A DNA stretch of 64,000 nucleotides from Carpediemonas membranifera BICM (GCA_019828565.1 JAHDYR010000042.1:1-64000); one strand, 5' to 3'; counted from the stretch's first letter, positions 11,701 through 23,078 are shown. A program made the numbers and translations. The notes: generated by a model not told the origin, from the letters alone.

Positions 11701-12504
11701 GCCCCGACACAACAGCAGGTCATCGTACCACTCAAGAACCTCAGCCGCCAGGAAGAGACAAGCCTTGAAACGTGGATTCGCAGCGTGCCGAAAAACTCTG
11801 CCATTACCATCGATATCTCTGGGATGGATGGTTTCAACGCCAGTGAGTCGACCCTTCACGAGCTGGAACACTCATTCCAGGAGAACAACGTCCGAGTTAT
11901 TCGGGCCTGGATTGCTTACCAGCTTTGTCTCTACGACTGTTTGTCAAGCCAGATGATTAAGTATAACGAAAACGTGGCCCCCAGCGACGCCCTGCTCTCA
12001 GTGGCTCTTCAGCAGCAGAGGATCTTTGTCCAGGCGAACAAGCAAGGTGCACTTTCCACACGCCTTAACATAACGAAGACCCCCTTCTACAACAACGTTG
12101 TGGAGCGTCTGAAACTGATGGGTGAGACAGAAAGCATGATGTCAAAGTTCCACAACATCATTGGTGTCATCATCATCCACTTCGCCGACTTCACTTCCTT
12201 GCTGAAGAACCGAATGATCCCGAAGGATAACGATACAGTCAGGGGCTTGAGCACCCTCATTGTTCACAGTCATCTGTGCATGGTTTACTCAACGGCGAAA
12301 GATATCCGTCCTGAGATCTACAATGCTCTGACGACAAGCAGTACATTCCCGCCAGACCTTATGGCGTTTGCAAGAATGGCATTTGGTCTCGGACAAACCG
12401 CGGCGGTGACCCATGAGTCGCCCGAAAAGCAGAAGCATGCGGACAACACAATAGAGGATGATTCAGAGATCGAGACAAGTGGTAAGAGGGTGAGGACTGA
12501 GTAA
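10435..12504 (+). CDS. DIRS RT-RNase H fused in frame to an unrelated ~265-aa C-terminal segment
   Basis: RT/RH motifs end at NRQG (~11695); the downstream sequence has no recognisable DIRS motifs. Confidence 0.6.
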   Translation: MPSEVVTWLRDGVPISLFSRPRHPSLPPVRSQDRKEFRRHLQTLLHLGAAVPMRSPTLVSPIFTIPKSLAETRLIHDLRSLNAVSSENRTFRLHGIKRALATIRPGDWLTRLDLTKGYYQVGVRPADWTLLGFIVDGRPYAFRVFPFGWKAAPFHFQRIMLEAGAVVARRFPGVNITIYLDDWLFSGRKEILTEAMPKIIRLLTDMGLVINRQKSQLIPTQSTTFLGFVIDSLREGLKLDESKRLKYLSRVIEALASGLTEHSAARLLGNLSFASLIWPDGVAQLRPLQRAAQSLKHKYRTRIHGDARDALIAWKTRLERSSPTRSTRELLHLWGMSQQLEVTVMTDASLSGLGGIIRVPGRSPIHFAEPAPQGEHITLLEFRAINAALERVMQNHQAGSFELTVYCDSRAAVAWLNRQGTPAPTQQQVIVPLKNLSRQEETSLETWIRSVPKNSAITIDISGMDGFNASESTLHELEHSFQENNVRVIRAWIAYQLCLYDCLSSQMIKYNENVAPSDALLSVALQQQRIFVQANKQGALSTRLNITKTPFYNNVVERLKLMGETESMMSKFHNIIGVIIIHFADFTSLLKNRMIPKDNDTVRGLSTLIVHSHLCMVYSTAKDIRPEIYNALTTSSTFPPDLMAFARMAFGLGQTAAVTHESPEKQKHADNTIEDDSEIETSGKRVRTE

Positions 12505-12969
12505 ATGGATTGCAAATGAGTCTTTTTAATGTCTCACCACCTGTTTGGGCCTCAGCGCTGTCGTTCAGGCCAATCCACGTTTGTGGATCCGTGCAGTTTA
12601 TGGCTTATCGACCGGACATCTCCTGAACTGAGCGCCAGGGGGCGGAGGTGGCGTTGGCGTGGGGCGTGGAGGCGCTGGGGGCGGGGGTGGCGTTGATATT
12701 GGGCAATTACATAAAGTGCACGGTGCTTGGAATTTCATTCCAACCTCAAAATGGCGGGAAAGCATTATTGGAAGGAACTAGTGGCAGCTATGCGGTTCTT
12801 TATACTGCAAAAGCAACCAGCTGTCGTCAAAAGCGCGCCATCTACCATCAATAACCAACATCTGCGTTGCACTCCACTGTTCTCGGTCGTTAATGCACAA
12901 AATCACTAAACAACATCAAAAGGACTGTTCATACGTTATTAAACATTGCTTGCTACTTCTGTTACATCT
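12405..12969. repeat. Left arm of ~565-bp inverted repeat (partner 19611-20179)
   Basis: Reverse-complement near-identity; ORF-track peptides 12648..12854(+) and 19727..19933(-) are identical. Confidence 0.95.
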
Positions 12970-13077
12970 CCTTAGGACATTTACTTCTGATTCTGTTTCT
13001 GCTCTCTCTTCTCCAGCACCTCTGCCATCTCGAGACCTGTCAGCAGCATTGATCTCATTCCTGCATCACAGAAAGTA

Positions 13078-14382
13078 TCAATCTCTTTTCGTCCGCCCAA
13101 TCATCGCAATAAACTGCCTGTGCAGTCTTCCGCGCACACCTTTTGCGCACTTATTGGTGCTCACCTGCCTGTATCCCTTGTGGCATGTGTCACAGCTGAC
13201 GTTCTCGCGTCCATGAAGGTCTCTACCACACACTATGCAGCGCCGATAGAAGACTTGACCCTCAAACCCTCGCTGACAGCAGTCGGTCAGTCTCTTTCGC
13301 TGAGCTGCAGACAGGGTGACCTCTTCTGTATCATCTAACAGAAGCGGACTCGGCTTGGCGACGCATTCATGCACGCGCATGATGACCTTGAGCTTGTCAA
13401 GACATTCGGCAGCAGTGGGACGCTTCGCAGGGTCGAAGTGGAGCATCTGCATTGCCAGGTCGTACAGGCTGAGACAAGTAGGTGGCGTGGTGCCGCGAAT
13501 CGGGAGCTCAGAGTTCACGTTGACACACTCGAGGCAATCTTTGAAATGTGTCTGTGCCTGAGGTGACAACTGCAACTGCCCACCATAGAATTGGCACCAG
13601 TTCAGCAAGCTACCAAGCTTCAGCATCTTCTTCTTCTTCTTGTTGTCGATCTGCGCCATGTTTGCACCCATGTCAGTCACCTTCGCGGCAAAGGGGGACT
13701 TAGAGAGACCGTTAACGAGCATCATAATGACAATACCGCAAGAGTAAATGTCCGATGCAGGTGTCACGACATAAGAAGTGACGGAAAGAGCCCCTGCCGT
13801 CATGCGCGCGAGCTTGGAGGTGTCGCGTGCAGCAGGAATCACTGAGCGCGAGACAAGGTACTCGTAGAAAAGCTCTGGGGGCAAATATCCATGGGTGCCG
13901 CGATACTCGGATGCGAATCTCAGTTGTATGGCCCACCTGTCGTCGCCATTAGCCGGCTTCCTCATTGCAGACCCAAAATCAATGAGGTATCCCTTCTGAC
14001 TCTTGCTGAAGAGGAAGTTGTCTGGCTTAATATCGCAATGGACAACCCCGTGGTCATGCATGTAGCATACTGCCTGCAGCAGATGCGAAACATAGCGGAA
14101 CTGCACGCTGGAGTGAGCCTTGCAGATGCCAGCGAAGGGGGTACAGTTGACCAAAGGAGCCATGAAGGCTGGATCACGGTCGACAAAACCTGTATCGACG
14201 ACAGGGAGGACATGCGGACTGTCCTTGAGCGCTAGCAGGGTGGGAACCTCCATACCATAATGCTCATCAACTTTGATCACGACCTGCAGCTTTTCAGGTT
14301 CAAAGTCGTGCAGATATTGTCTACTATTACCAGGTAAGGAAGTAAGTCGCTCCAGCTTGTCGCTATCTAGCTCGAACACCAT
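13078..14382 (-). CDS. Ser/Thr protein kinase (Cdc7-like features) with C-terminal CxxC-CxxC zinc finger; probable upstream exon(s)
   Basis: VIK, HCDIKPDNFLF, LIDFG, GTHGYLPPE, DIYSCG, DPAKRPTA; CIVC..CDTC; acceptor-like TTCACACAG just upstream of the annotated start. Confidence 0.85.
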   Translation of the reverse strand: MVFELDSDKLERLTSLPGNSRQYLHDFEPEKLQVVIKVDEHYGMEVPTLLALKDSPHVLPVVDTGFVDRDPAFMAPLVNCTPFAGICKAHSSVQFRYVSHLLQAVCYMHDHGVVHCDIKPDNFLFSKSQKGYLIDFGSAMRKPANGDDRWAIQLRFASEYRGTHGYLPPELFYEYLVSRSVIPAARDTSKLARMTAGALSVTSYVVTPASDIYSCGIVIMMLVNGLSKSPFAAKVTDMGANMAQIDNKKKKKMLKLGSLLNWCQFYGGQLQLSPQAQTHFKDCLECVNVNSELPIRGTTPPTCLSLYDLAMQMLHFDPAKRPTAAECLDKLKVIMRVHECVAKPSPLLLDDTEEVTLSAAQRKRLTDCCQRGFEGQVFYRRCIVCGRDLHGRENVSCDTCHKGYRQVSTNKCAKGVRGRLHRQFIAMIGRTKRD

Positions 14383-14546
14383 GCACAGGTAGCTGTGTGA
14401 AATTCGGTCTTAAAGTGCATTTCGCGACAGCTAGCTGTGCGTCGCAACGAGAGAAGTAGCAGTGGAAAACAAGCCAGGACTGGCTTATGAATGGTGTTTA
14501 TGGACATCAGCTATGCTCCAATCATAAACTCTTCCTCTTTACAATG

Positions 14547-15771
14547 TCAGATGAAGGAAAAGACGATACTGTCGGCAGTATCGCTCTCTGAGCGCTCCTC
14601 ATCAATCACATTCTCTTGAATCTCCCCATCACCATCTCTGCCCGCCACCTCCCCGCCATGCTCGTCGTGGTCGATCTTTGGTTCCTCATCGGCACTCTTG
14701 CATAAGTCCACCTCCTCACCAAAGGCGCCCTCCTCGCTCTCCTCGCGAGCTGGCACCTCGTAGTGCATCCACTCTGCCTGGTAAGCTGGCTCGTCGGACA
14801 CCGCCTCCTCGTCAGTATCGCCCTCTCTCTCGCCCTCTGGCATCTCTGTCTCGCGAGTCAGCGAGCCGAACTCCGCCTCCTTGTCAGCTCTGCCTCTCTT
14901 TCTTCTTAGTATCGTGAAGCTCGATCATTCTGGCCTTGAGCCTGTTGTAAAGCCAGCCATCGAGCATCGGCGGCACCAGGTCGGCAGAGCTTGTGATCTC
15001 CGGGTTGAGATCAAAGATCGTCGGGCGCTGCAGGGTCTTCAGGTGGCTGTTTGCCAGCTGGTGGCGGAACTGATCATCGGTGAGGCTGATGCGCTTGTCC
15101 ATAATGACCTTCCGAACCTTGGTCAAGTCTCTGGGCCTGCCAGTCCGTCTCTCTCTCTCAATCTCCCGCGTCTTAAGCTGGTTGACATCGACATGCACCG
15201 GGGGCGCATAGCGAAGCTGGTTGACACTGAGCCCGACCTGCTTGAGAGCCTCCGAGAAGGTGCTCGGCGCTACATGAGACAGTGCGGATGAGGCCTTGGA
15301 GAATACTATCCAGGCAGCGAGCTCTTCGGGAAGCTGAAGAGCTCGCTCACTGATGTCAATATCGCGGGCGGAAATAGCTGTCATGCCCGTGTGGCTGATG
15401 ATAAGAGCCAGCGCATTGTAGGGGAAGACTAGTCGGACAATAGCTTCCGATGCGACTGGCTCAAACTGCCCAAGCGGCTTGACATTGTCTCTGCCGGAGT
15501 TTCGGAATGAGTTGACGGCACTGAGAGTGACAGCAGCGGTTGCCTTGTTCAATGATGCAGCAAAACCGGGCACAAGCGATCTAACATCCTCGGACCGGAT
15601 CACGGAGAGCGCTTCGTCCTCGGTACTCCCTCGCTCACGTTGTACGAATTGAACGAACCGCGAAAGGTTGTTTGCGACCGCTTTCCGGGAAGATTTCTTA
15701 CTGATGGTGCACAACCAAGCATTCTTCACAGCTTCCATGGTTGTTTCCATCTCCTGCGGGCTTCCTTCCAT
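14547..15771 (-). CDS. Degenerate tyrosine-recombinase/integrase-like protein with acidic tail (one frameshift near 14890)
   Basis: SRKAVANNLSRFVQF and LNKATAAVTLSAVNSF (core-binding-like); ALIISHTGM..RDID (box I-like); GLSVNQLRY (HxLR-like). Catalytic R/H/Y not clearly conserved. Confidence 0.4.
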
Positions 15772-16998
15772 CGATATACGGATTTCAGACTTTCGTCATG
15801 CACAAAAATTCGAATCTCTCCAAATGCCCAAAACAGTGGTCAAACCGTGTTCAGGGGTACAAAAGAGTGCCATAGGCACGTTCTTGCATTTCAAAAATAT
15901 TCTAGAGGTCGTTCATAAATTCTCAGATGGCCAACAGTACGAAAGTCTGAAATCCATTTATCATGAGACCCGACAAATTTGAAATCCATTTATCGGGTGG
16001 ATACATCACTGTAGAGGGTATTCATGGATATAGGTGCCTTTTCGGTGCCGAGGGGAGTCAAAATTTGAGGTCGTGCAGGCAGAAAGTCTGAATTCCGTTT
16101 ATCTCACCACTGCTCAGTGTTCATGGCAGACAACGGCTTCCTGGCGACGCCTGGGGTGTAAGGATTCGCTTGCCTCTGTGTTGTCGCATCAGCTTCGCTG
16201 AAAACGGGGGAACTGACCCGCGCATTCGCGCACTTTATGCTCGCAACGAGATTGAAATGGCGAACTTAAGAATAGAAAGAATACTGGCGGCTTTAACGTA
16301 GTAGGCATGTGCACAACATTAAGAATCATCAGTAAGCGGGCGCAGAGCATCATTAAAGCAACAATAATCCCTAAACAACATCAAGTACCATAAGTCCACC
16401 ACGTCCATACGATATGAACTATAAATGGAGCATAGATCAGTACAGATGATTTGAAAGTACCAGGCATGGCCAGAATACCGTAATTATCGTCCGTTGATCC
16501 ACGTGACCTCCATCTTGGTCGGTATCCAGAGAACCTCCGTCAGACGCTTGCAACATAACATTTAGGGGGAGCATCCTGAATGGGGCCAGATTTGAGGGAC
16601 CCTTGGTCTGACATGCCATGACCGAGTACTCTAGGGGCCTCCACAGTGCGTCCCGAGGTACGTTATAGCACCACAGACCTTCCCCCAAAAGCTGACTCCT
16701 GGACCCCTTGGCCGGAGCTCGCCGAAACGTGAAAATCGGCGATGATTTCTCCGTATAACTTCATAGGGGGTTATATGGGGCTCGTTTCAGCCGCAGATAA
16801 CGTCTCTTGGCCATATTAAATTTGCGAAAGGCCCCGGCTCGCTGGCCGGACGATTTAATCAGCATCGGCGAGAATGGACGTGTGGGTAGGGCTAGGGGTG
16901 TGATGACGGCTGGTGGTAGTCACGGTGTGAGTGCTTACAAGCCGCAGGCGATATACATAAACTTTTAGTAACCATTTAACGTCTCTTGGCGATATACG

Positions 16999-18717
16999 AT
17001 GCTAGACTTGTTCACTTGGCTGGAAGAAGCCACTGAGTTCGATAAGAAGGAGCTAATGACCAAGATCAATGCAGCTGCAAGCGCTAAAGGCAAATGCGAC
17101 GTCCTTCGCGCGCTTTTGCTGCCTAGGCGCGATTTACTCGCTACTGTGATCAAGGAACGTACGTTACTGAGCGAAATTGTTTACACAGGTGTTAATCTCA
17201 AGCGTATTGCCACGTTCTTCCGCCTCACGCGCCAGGAGACGGAAGATATGAAGAAGGACCTTAAGGCGCAGTTTATGGCGACGATGAAATTGAATGAGGG
17301 TGAAAGGGTCACAGGGGAACACAAGAAAACACTGAAGCAGGTCCTCGGCGGGGATACCTTCACGCACCTGTACGACGGCGAGGTGGAGAGCGCGCGTATT
17401 CGGGTGAAGAAGAGCATTCGTGAGGCTAGAATGAAGACAAACGCTAGGCTTGAGTGTGAACTCGCGAAGGAGGAGGACGAGGACATCAGGGATTGTACTC
17501 GGGTTCAGATGATGAAGCTGGCCGATGAGGAAGACCGAAAGGAGTTGGAAAAGGAGATGGAATACACGCGCGAGTCCAAGTATGACGTGGTATGGGAGCG
17601 AGTGTACGATGAGATCTGCGGTACTCGTCGTGTGCGGGCCCGCAGGGATAACGCCCCCTGTCCCGGCGAGGATCACGCCGACCACGTGCTTCAGCGCTAT
17701 CTCTGGGCCGACCAGATCGATACTCAGGCGCTTACTGGCGAGAAGACGTTGACCACGAGACTCCCTGCTGAAGCTCGAGTCGTACGTCGCGTGACAGCCA
17801 GTCTGATCTCTGCTCAGAAGACGGAGATCCAATCTCTCAAGGAGCAGGTCGAGCGGCTGAAGAAGCAGGTGACTGACGAGAGAAGAGACCATTTTCTTGA
17901 GTGCAGGCGTATCCATCATGAGCATGACGTTGGGTACCTTGCTTCCTGCGATGTTTCGTTCGCCGCCAGCCCCATGCCGCCACAGTCTGGCACGCTCTCC
18001 AGGACTTCCTGCCCCCGACGCGCTACGAACGAGCCCGAGGCCTCCATGTCTGTGAAGCGCAAGGCCCTCTTCATCACGCCCGAGAAGGCCAGGCCTGAGG
18101 ACTCAGAGGAGGAGACAGAGGAGGAGCAGGAGGAGGCGAAGGAGAAGAGGGGTGAGGCAGAAGAGGAGACGGTGAACACATGCGACGCCTGCATCCAGAA
18201 TGAGCCGGAGACTCAGACTCGCATCACCTCTGAGGCCGCGGTGCAGACGTGCATCAACGTGGAGGCTCTCACGACTAACTGTACCGCGATTCATGTCAAG
18301 AGTGACGGCAACTGCGTTGCATATTGTCTCCAAGCCATTGAGTTGGGTGGCCGAGTTGATGGCGACTTCGAAAAGTGGCAGCGTGGCCTCTGCCAGTCAG
18401 TGAAGGCCAAGTACTGGTCTAAGAAGAATGTCACGGAGCGTAGCCTGACAGATCCGGACTCCGGCTACTATAACTCGAACGCCATCCGAGTCTGGGCAAG
18501 GAAGCAGAAGCGGAACATCCTTGTTGTCCAGTCATACGACGGATACAACGGCATGCAAGGCATCTCCGCCATCTTATACCTGTTTGATGGCACCACCATG
18601 CTTGCACCCGATGCAGACTTGTGGGGGTTGACAGATAATTTCGCTATTGTCATCGAAGGCGATCCGGCTCACGCCACGCTGTACCAGAAGAAGTGCGAGG
18701 TCGTTGAGATTGAATAA
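16999..18717 (+). CDS. Coiled-coil protein with acidic linker and C-terminal OTU-like cysteine protease
   Basis: VKSDGNCVAYCL (Cys box) and IEGDPAHATLY (His box). Confidence 0.7.
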   Translation: MLDLFTWLEEATEFDKKELMTKINAAASAKGKCDVLRALLLPRRDLLATVIKERTLLSEIVYTGVNLKRIATFFRLTRQETEDMKKDLKAQFMATMKLNEGERVTGEHKKTLKQVLGGDTFTHLYDGEVESARIRVKKSIREARMKTNARLECELAKEEDEDIRDCTRVQMMKLADEEDRKELEKEMEYTRESKYDVVWERVYDEICGTRRVRARRDNAPCPGEDHADHVLQRYLWADQIDTQALTGEKTLTTRLPAEARVVRRVTASLISAQKTEIQSLKEQVERLKKQVTDERRDHFLECRRIHHEHDVGYLASCDVSFAASPMPPQSGTLSRTSCPRRATNEPEASMSVKRKALFITPEKARPEDSEEETEEEQEEAKEKRGEAEEETVNTCDACIQNEPETQTRITSEAAVQTCINVEALTTNCTAIHVKSDGNCVAYCLQAIELGGRVDGDFEKWQRGLCQSVKAKYWSKKNVTERSLTDPDSGYYNSNAIRVWARKQKRNILVVQSYDGYNGMQGISAILYLFDGTTMLAPDADLWGLTDNFAIVIEGDPAHATLYQKKCEVVEIE

Positions 18718-18764
18718 AGATTTGGATATGCCTTTGTAGTGCGTTCGACTGTGTACGTTTAGGA

Positions 18765-19477
18765 GAAGGCTGAGACGGAGAAGAAGGAGGACAAGGAGGT
18801 GGAGACAGAGGAGAAGAAGGGTAAGTAGGCAGACGAGGAGGAGCCTGACACGGTGGTGCGTGGGCCGGAAGATGACGACAATATGTCAGTCGTGTCGATC
18901 AGTGACAACGAGCATGAGCCTGAGCTGGTCTTCGACGTACAAACCGCGATCGACAGGATCCTGACCTGCCCTGCCAAGGAGATTCACCGTGACGGAGCCT
19001 GCATCGCTCATTCGCTCAACGACATTAAGCACGGCCAAGTACTGGGTAAGAATCGAATCAAACATTTCAAAAAATCATCTGAGAGAACACGCCGAGGAAT
19101 CCATGGCCAAAAAGGCCGAGGGCCAGGTCAGGGGCACATGGTGGGACCCTTCCGAGCTGTTCAACGGCCAGGGCTGGCTGACAGGCACTGCTATCTCGGC
19201 TTGGACGCATCTCGAGAAGGAGAAGGTCATGGTCCTGCAGCGCAGAGAAGAGGAAGATGGTCGCATAGTCAACTCAGCGACTGTTTACGACAACGGAAGG
19301 GTCTACCCTCAGGATTTCAGAAGTCTGACTCAACTCAGTGATGCCATCAGGGAGACGGGCCACGAGAAGGTCATTGTCATTACGGGTAATCATGCCACGG
19401 TGTATCTCGTGGCGGAGCTTCTGTCAGATGGCACTGGTGAAGAGAGTGTGCCGAAGACAAGGAAGGGGAGGAAGTAA
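18765..19477 (+). pseudogene. Second acidic-linker + OTU-like module (in-frame stop in linker, +1 frameshift at ~19070)
   Basis: IHRDGACIAHSL ... WLTGTAISAW ... ITGNHATVY across ORFs 18853 and 18989; paralogous to the preceding OTU. Confidence 0.65.
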
Positions 19478-19610
19478 ATGGTTTGATGTGTTCGGCTGTC
19501 TTTCATCTGTGAAATGAGAACAGGCGTGAGTGTCATGGACACAGATGGCCCGGACAGCGTTGCCTCCGTCTTGGCATTTGTTGAGGACAACACAGCTGTA
19601 AACGACAATA

Positions 19611-20179
19611 AGATGAAACAGAAGTAGCAAGCAATGTTTAATAACGTATGAACAGTCCTTTTGATGTTGTTTAGTGATTTTTGTGCATTAACGACCGAGA
19701 ACAGTGGAGTGCAACGCAGATGTTGGTTATTGATGGTAGATGGCGCGCTTTTGACGACAGCTGGTTGCTTTTGCAGTATAAAGAACCGCATAGCTGCCAC
19801 TAGTTCCTTCCAATAATGCTTTCCCGCCATTTTGAGGTTGGAATGAAATTCCAAGCACCGTGCACTTTATGTAATTGCCCAATATCAACGCCACCCCCGC
19901 CCCCAGCGCCTCCACGCCCCACGCCAACGCCACCTCCGCCCCCTGGCGCTCAGTTCAGGAGATGTCCGGTCGATAAGCCATAAACTGCACGGATCCACAA
20001 ACGTGGATTGGCCTGAACGACAGCGCTGAGGCCCAAACAGGTGGTGAGACATTAAAAAGACTCATTTGCAATCCATTTACTCAGTCCTCACCCTCTTACC
20101 ACTTGTCTCGATCTCTGAATCATCCTCTATTGTGTTGTCCGCATGCTTCTGCTTTTCGGGCGACTCTACATGAGTCACC
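19611..20179. repeat. Right arm of ~565-bp inverted repeat (partner 12405-12969)
   Basis: Reverse complement of the left arm, with small indels. Confidence 0.95.
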
Positions 20180-23078
20180 CTTGCAGTGGACGTGGTTGTG
20201 GAGCACCCCCAGTGTCTCCACGTCCGCCACCAGCGCCAGATCCGCCACCATGCCCTACATCAGCACATTTGTGTATTTACTTTGTAAATTTGTCCTATTG
20301 CTATTGAAGCAATGCGTTTCGAGAACTGGGAAGTCGTCATCACCTATGGGGCGGACAGTTCTCTTGGATCTATCATCACCGCTGTCTTAGACGAGTTTCT
20401 GCTCCGAAACCGCGACAAATCGTTTCGTTTAGACAGCAAGGAGCAGTGCTTGCGCATTCTCCGAGATTTCCTGACGTCATGTCCACTGAGGGTGACACAT
20501 AGTGATGCTACGTTACGTAGTGCAGTCGTTAATGCTGATTGGAGCGCATTGATGAGGAATCCCAGCACTGCTCATGTGACTGTTACGCGAGTCGACAACG
20601 AGGCGAAGACGAAGAGCCTATACACGGCCATGGCAATTATCTGTGCCGTCGAGTTAGGGAAGAATCGCTACGACCGACTCCGCCATGCATTTGTTTCAAT
20701 GGCCTCCGACATGGGAGTTCGCCTTGGAATTCACACTCCACCGGTGGTAGACAGTCTCCAGAATCTTGGGTATGACCTGCTGTCCATCCCAGCCATACGA
20801 TCTGTTATATCAGACCCAACACTGATCGAGGACGTCAACGCGTTCACTCCTGAGCAGCCCGATGTCTCTGGGCGTGATGGGGTGTCTAACCAAGAGCTTC
20901 AATGTCAAGCAGGAGCCGGTTTCACGCGTAGCGTGGAAGTCGCGGAGGCTTTTTACGTCCTATATGACCCAACCACCCACACCGACCTGCAAGAGACTCT
21001 CGATGAACACGACTGCCTCTTCGCTCACCACTTCGAGAAGATATCGGGGGAGTCACGGCTATACATTTCGCATGATGATCCATCCAAGCTGCCGGAGATT
21101 CAGAGATTATGCCGGAACATGGGCATCATTCCGCGTGGAACAAAGAAATCTCACCGGATGGTGATCAGCGCTCTGTCCTATGACCCTGTCGCCCAGATTA
21201 AGTTCATGCTGAAGTTCCCCGACCGAGTTCAGCGCGATATCAAGTCAAGCAAGTTCGTTCAATCCGTCACTATTAACCCGGAGAGCCGACAGGAGGCTTA
21301 TGGTCTTGAGATGCTCCTATGGTTTGATGGATATCGGGCCGACTGTACGGCGGTCAAATATCGCATAATTGATCGCGAGGGAGCAGCCCTACCACAGAAG
21401 ATTACCCCACCCATGACGCTTCTTACATTTCAGGGCACAGAGAAGCTCATTCCTTCGTTCTTTGATGATGTACAGCGGCTAATGAACAAGCTCATTGGTA
21501 TCCCCTTCGCATGTGGTGACAGTTCGTTGCTCCCACGCAGCCGTGTTGTCATCAGCCTGCTCGGGATCTGCGGCGATCACAAAGCGTTGCAGATTGTTAG
21601 TGGCGTCAAGCGGGGACGATACTACCGCTCTCCATTCTCCTCCCTACACATGGGAAAGGTCGCAAGCGACCCGTTTGCCAATCGTTGCGATCGCTGGACA
21701 ATCGCAGATAGCATCCGTCTTCGTGACGCTGGTGGCGTGAAAGACATGACACGGTTTGGGTCCCGCGATGGTCACCGAGATGTCTGCTGTCTGACCTATG
21801 CCAACGAGATAGATGGCCCACTTCACGTGCTCACAAAGTGCGCTGATGTCACGTTCATTCCACCTGTCATGCATGTGAGTCACTATCTTATGAAGGACTT
21901 CTGGACGCTGCTTGGCCTTGTCAAGGTTCAACACGCTGGTCAGAACGTGCACACACTTGAGCAGATTGAAAAGCTGTTCACGCGGACAACTGGCTGCAAC
22001 GAGCAGAGCTGGAACAGACGAAAGCTCGCGACACTAGTCAACGAGCACCTTGAGGAGTTTGACCAGTCACTCCAGCCCTTCATACTCCTTACAGCCAAGT
22101 TACAGGCGTTGTATTACTCCTCTGACCACGTGACACATCAGACAATTGCTTTCCATCACGAAAGAAAGAAAGAAATTTATGGTGCTTGGATTCTGACCCC
22201 GGACTGAGCTTGTTTCCCGTTGTCTTGGAACTGAGTGCCCCGGGGTACTGCCTATTTCCCGTGGCAAACTGGTCAGCAGCGTTTGCCTTGGGCTTTCGGT
22301 GCTACTGTCTCCGCGGAAAGCCGATTCCAATCGCCCCAGAGGCCCTGCGGCCATCTCCGTGCAAATATGCTTTCCTGTCTCCCTGAAAGTCCGGCAACTA
22401 TCCGGGGAGCCTGGGGGTCTGTCCTCGGGGCATTGACAGGCAGGATCGTCCTGCAGAACCTTGACTATGACACTCCTTGCTTCCCTGCAGTCCTTGTAGA
22501 GCCGTTCAGCCACGGCACCCTCTCGTCTGTCCGGTTCCCCAATTCCATGCCCCCTCGACTCTGTTAAGAGGCCTACCCGAAGGCGGGGAAAGTGACTAAG
22601 TCCATGCTGTCTACCCCGGTTAGGTGGCGTGGGTCAGGGCATGGGCGGTGTACCCCCAGGCTGACTGGGCCTGGTTGTCCTGTTACCCCTTACAACATTT
22701 CGCTTGCACTACATGTCCTTGGTTTCCCATGTCGTTAGGTAACAAGGGCGGCAGGGGCACCTGTGCCCCTCCGACCCCCGTGGCCAGTCCCTGCAGTTTC
22801 CTTGGGGTCCCAGCGAGTGGTGCAACCATATGAATATGGATTTCCTTGACCTTATCCTTGCTCTGTCCTTGTCGCATGTCCTTTCTTTCTTATTTCTGGT
22901 CTGTCCTTCCTGTTATTTCCTTGCAGTCGTTCCTTCCCTTGCTTTGGTTCCTGGCTACCGGGATACGTGGGGCCTTTCCTCACTGATCCCAGGAGCTTAG
23001 CACCCAGCGAGGGTGGTCCATGGCTGATTCCTTGTCCATCCCTTCCCGGTCCTGGAGTCAGGGGTTCATGACATGCTT

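Noticed and set aside
16885-16900. TAGGG telomere-like seed
   Set aside because: Only two imperfect units.
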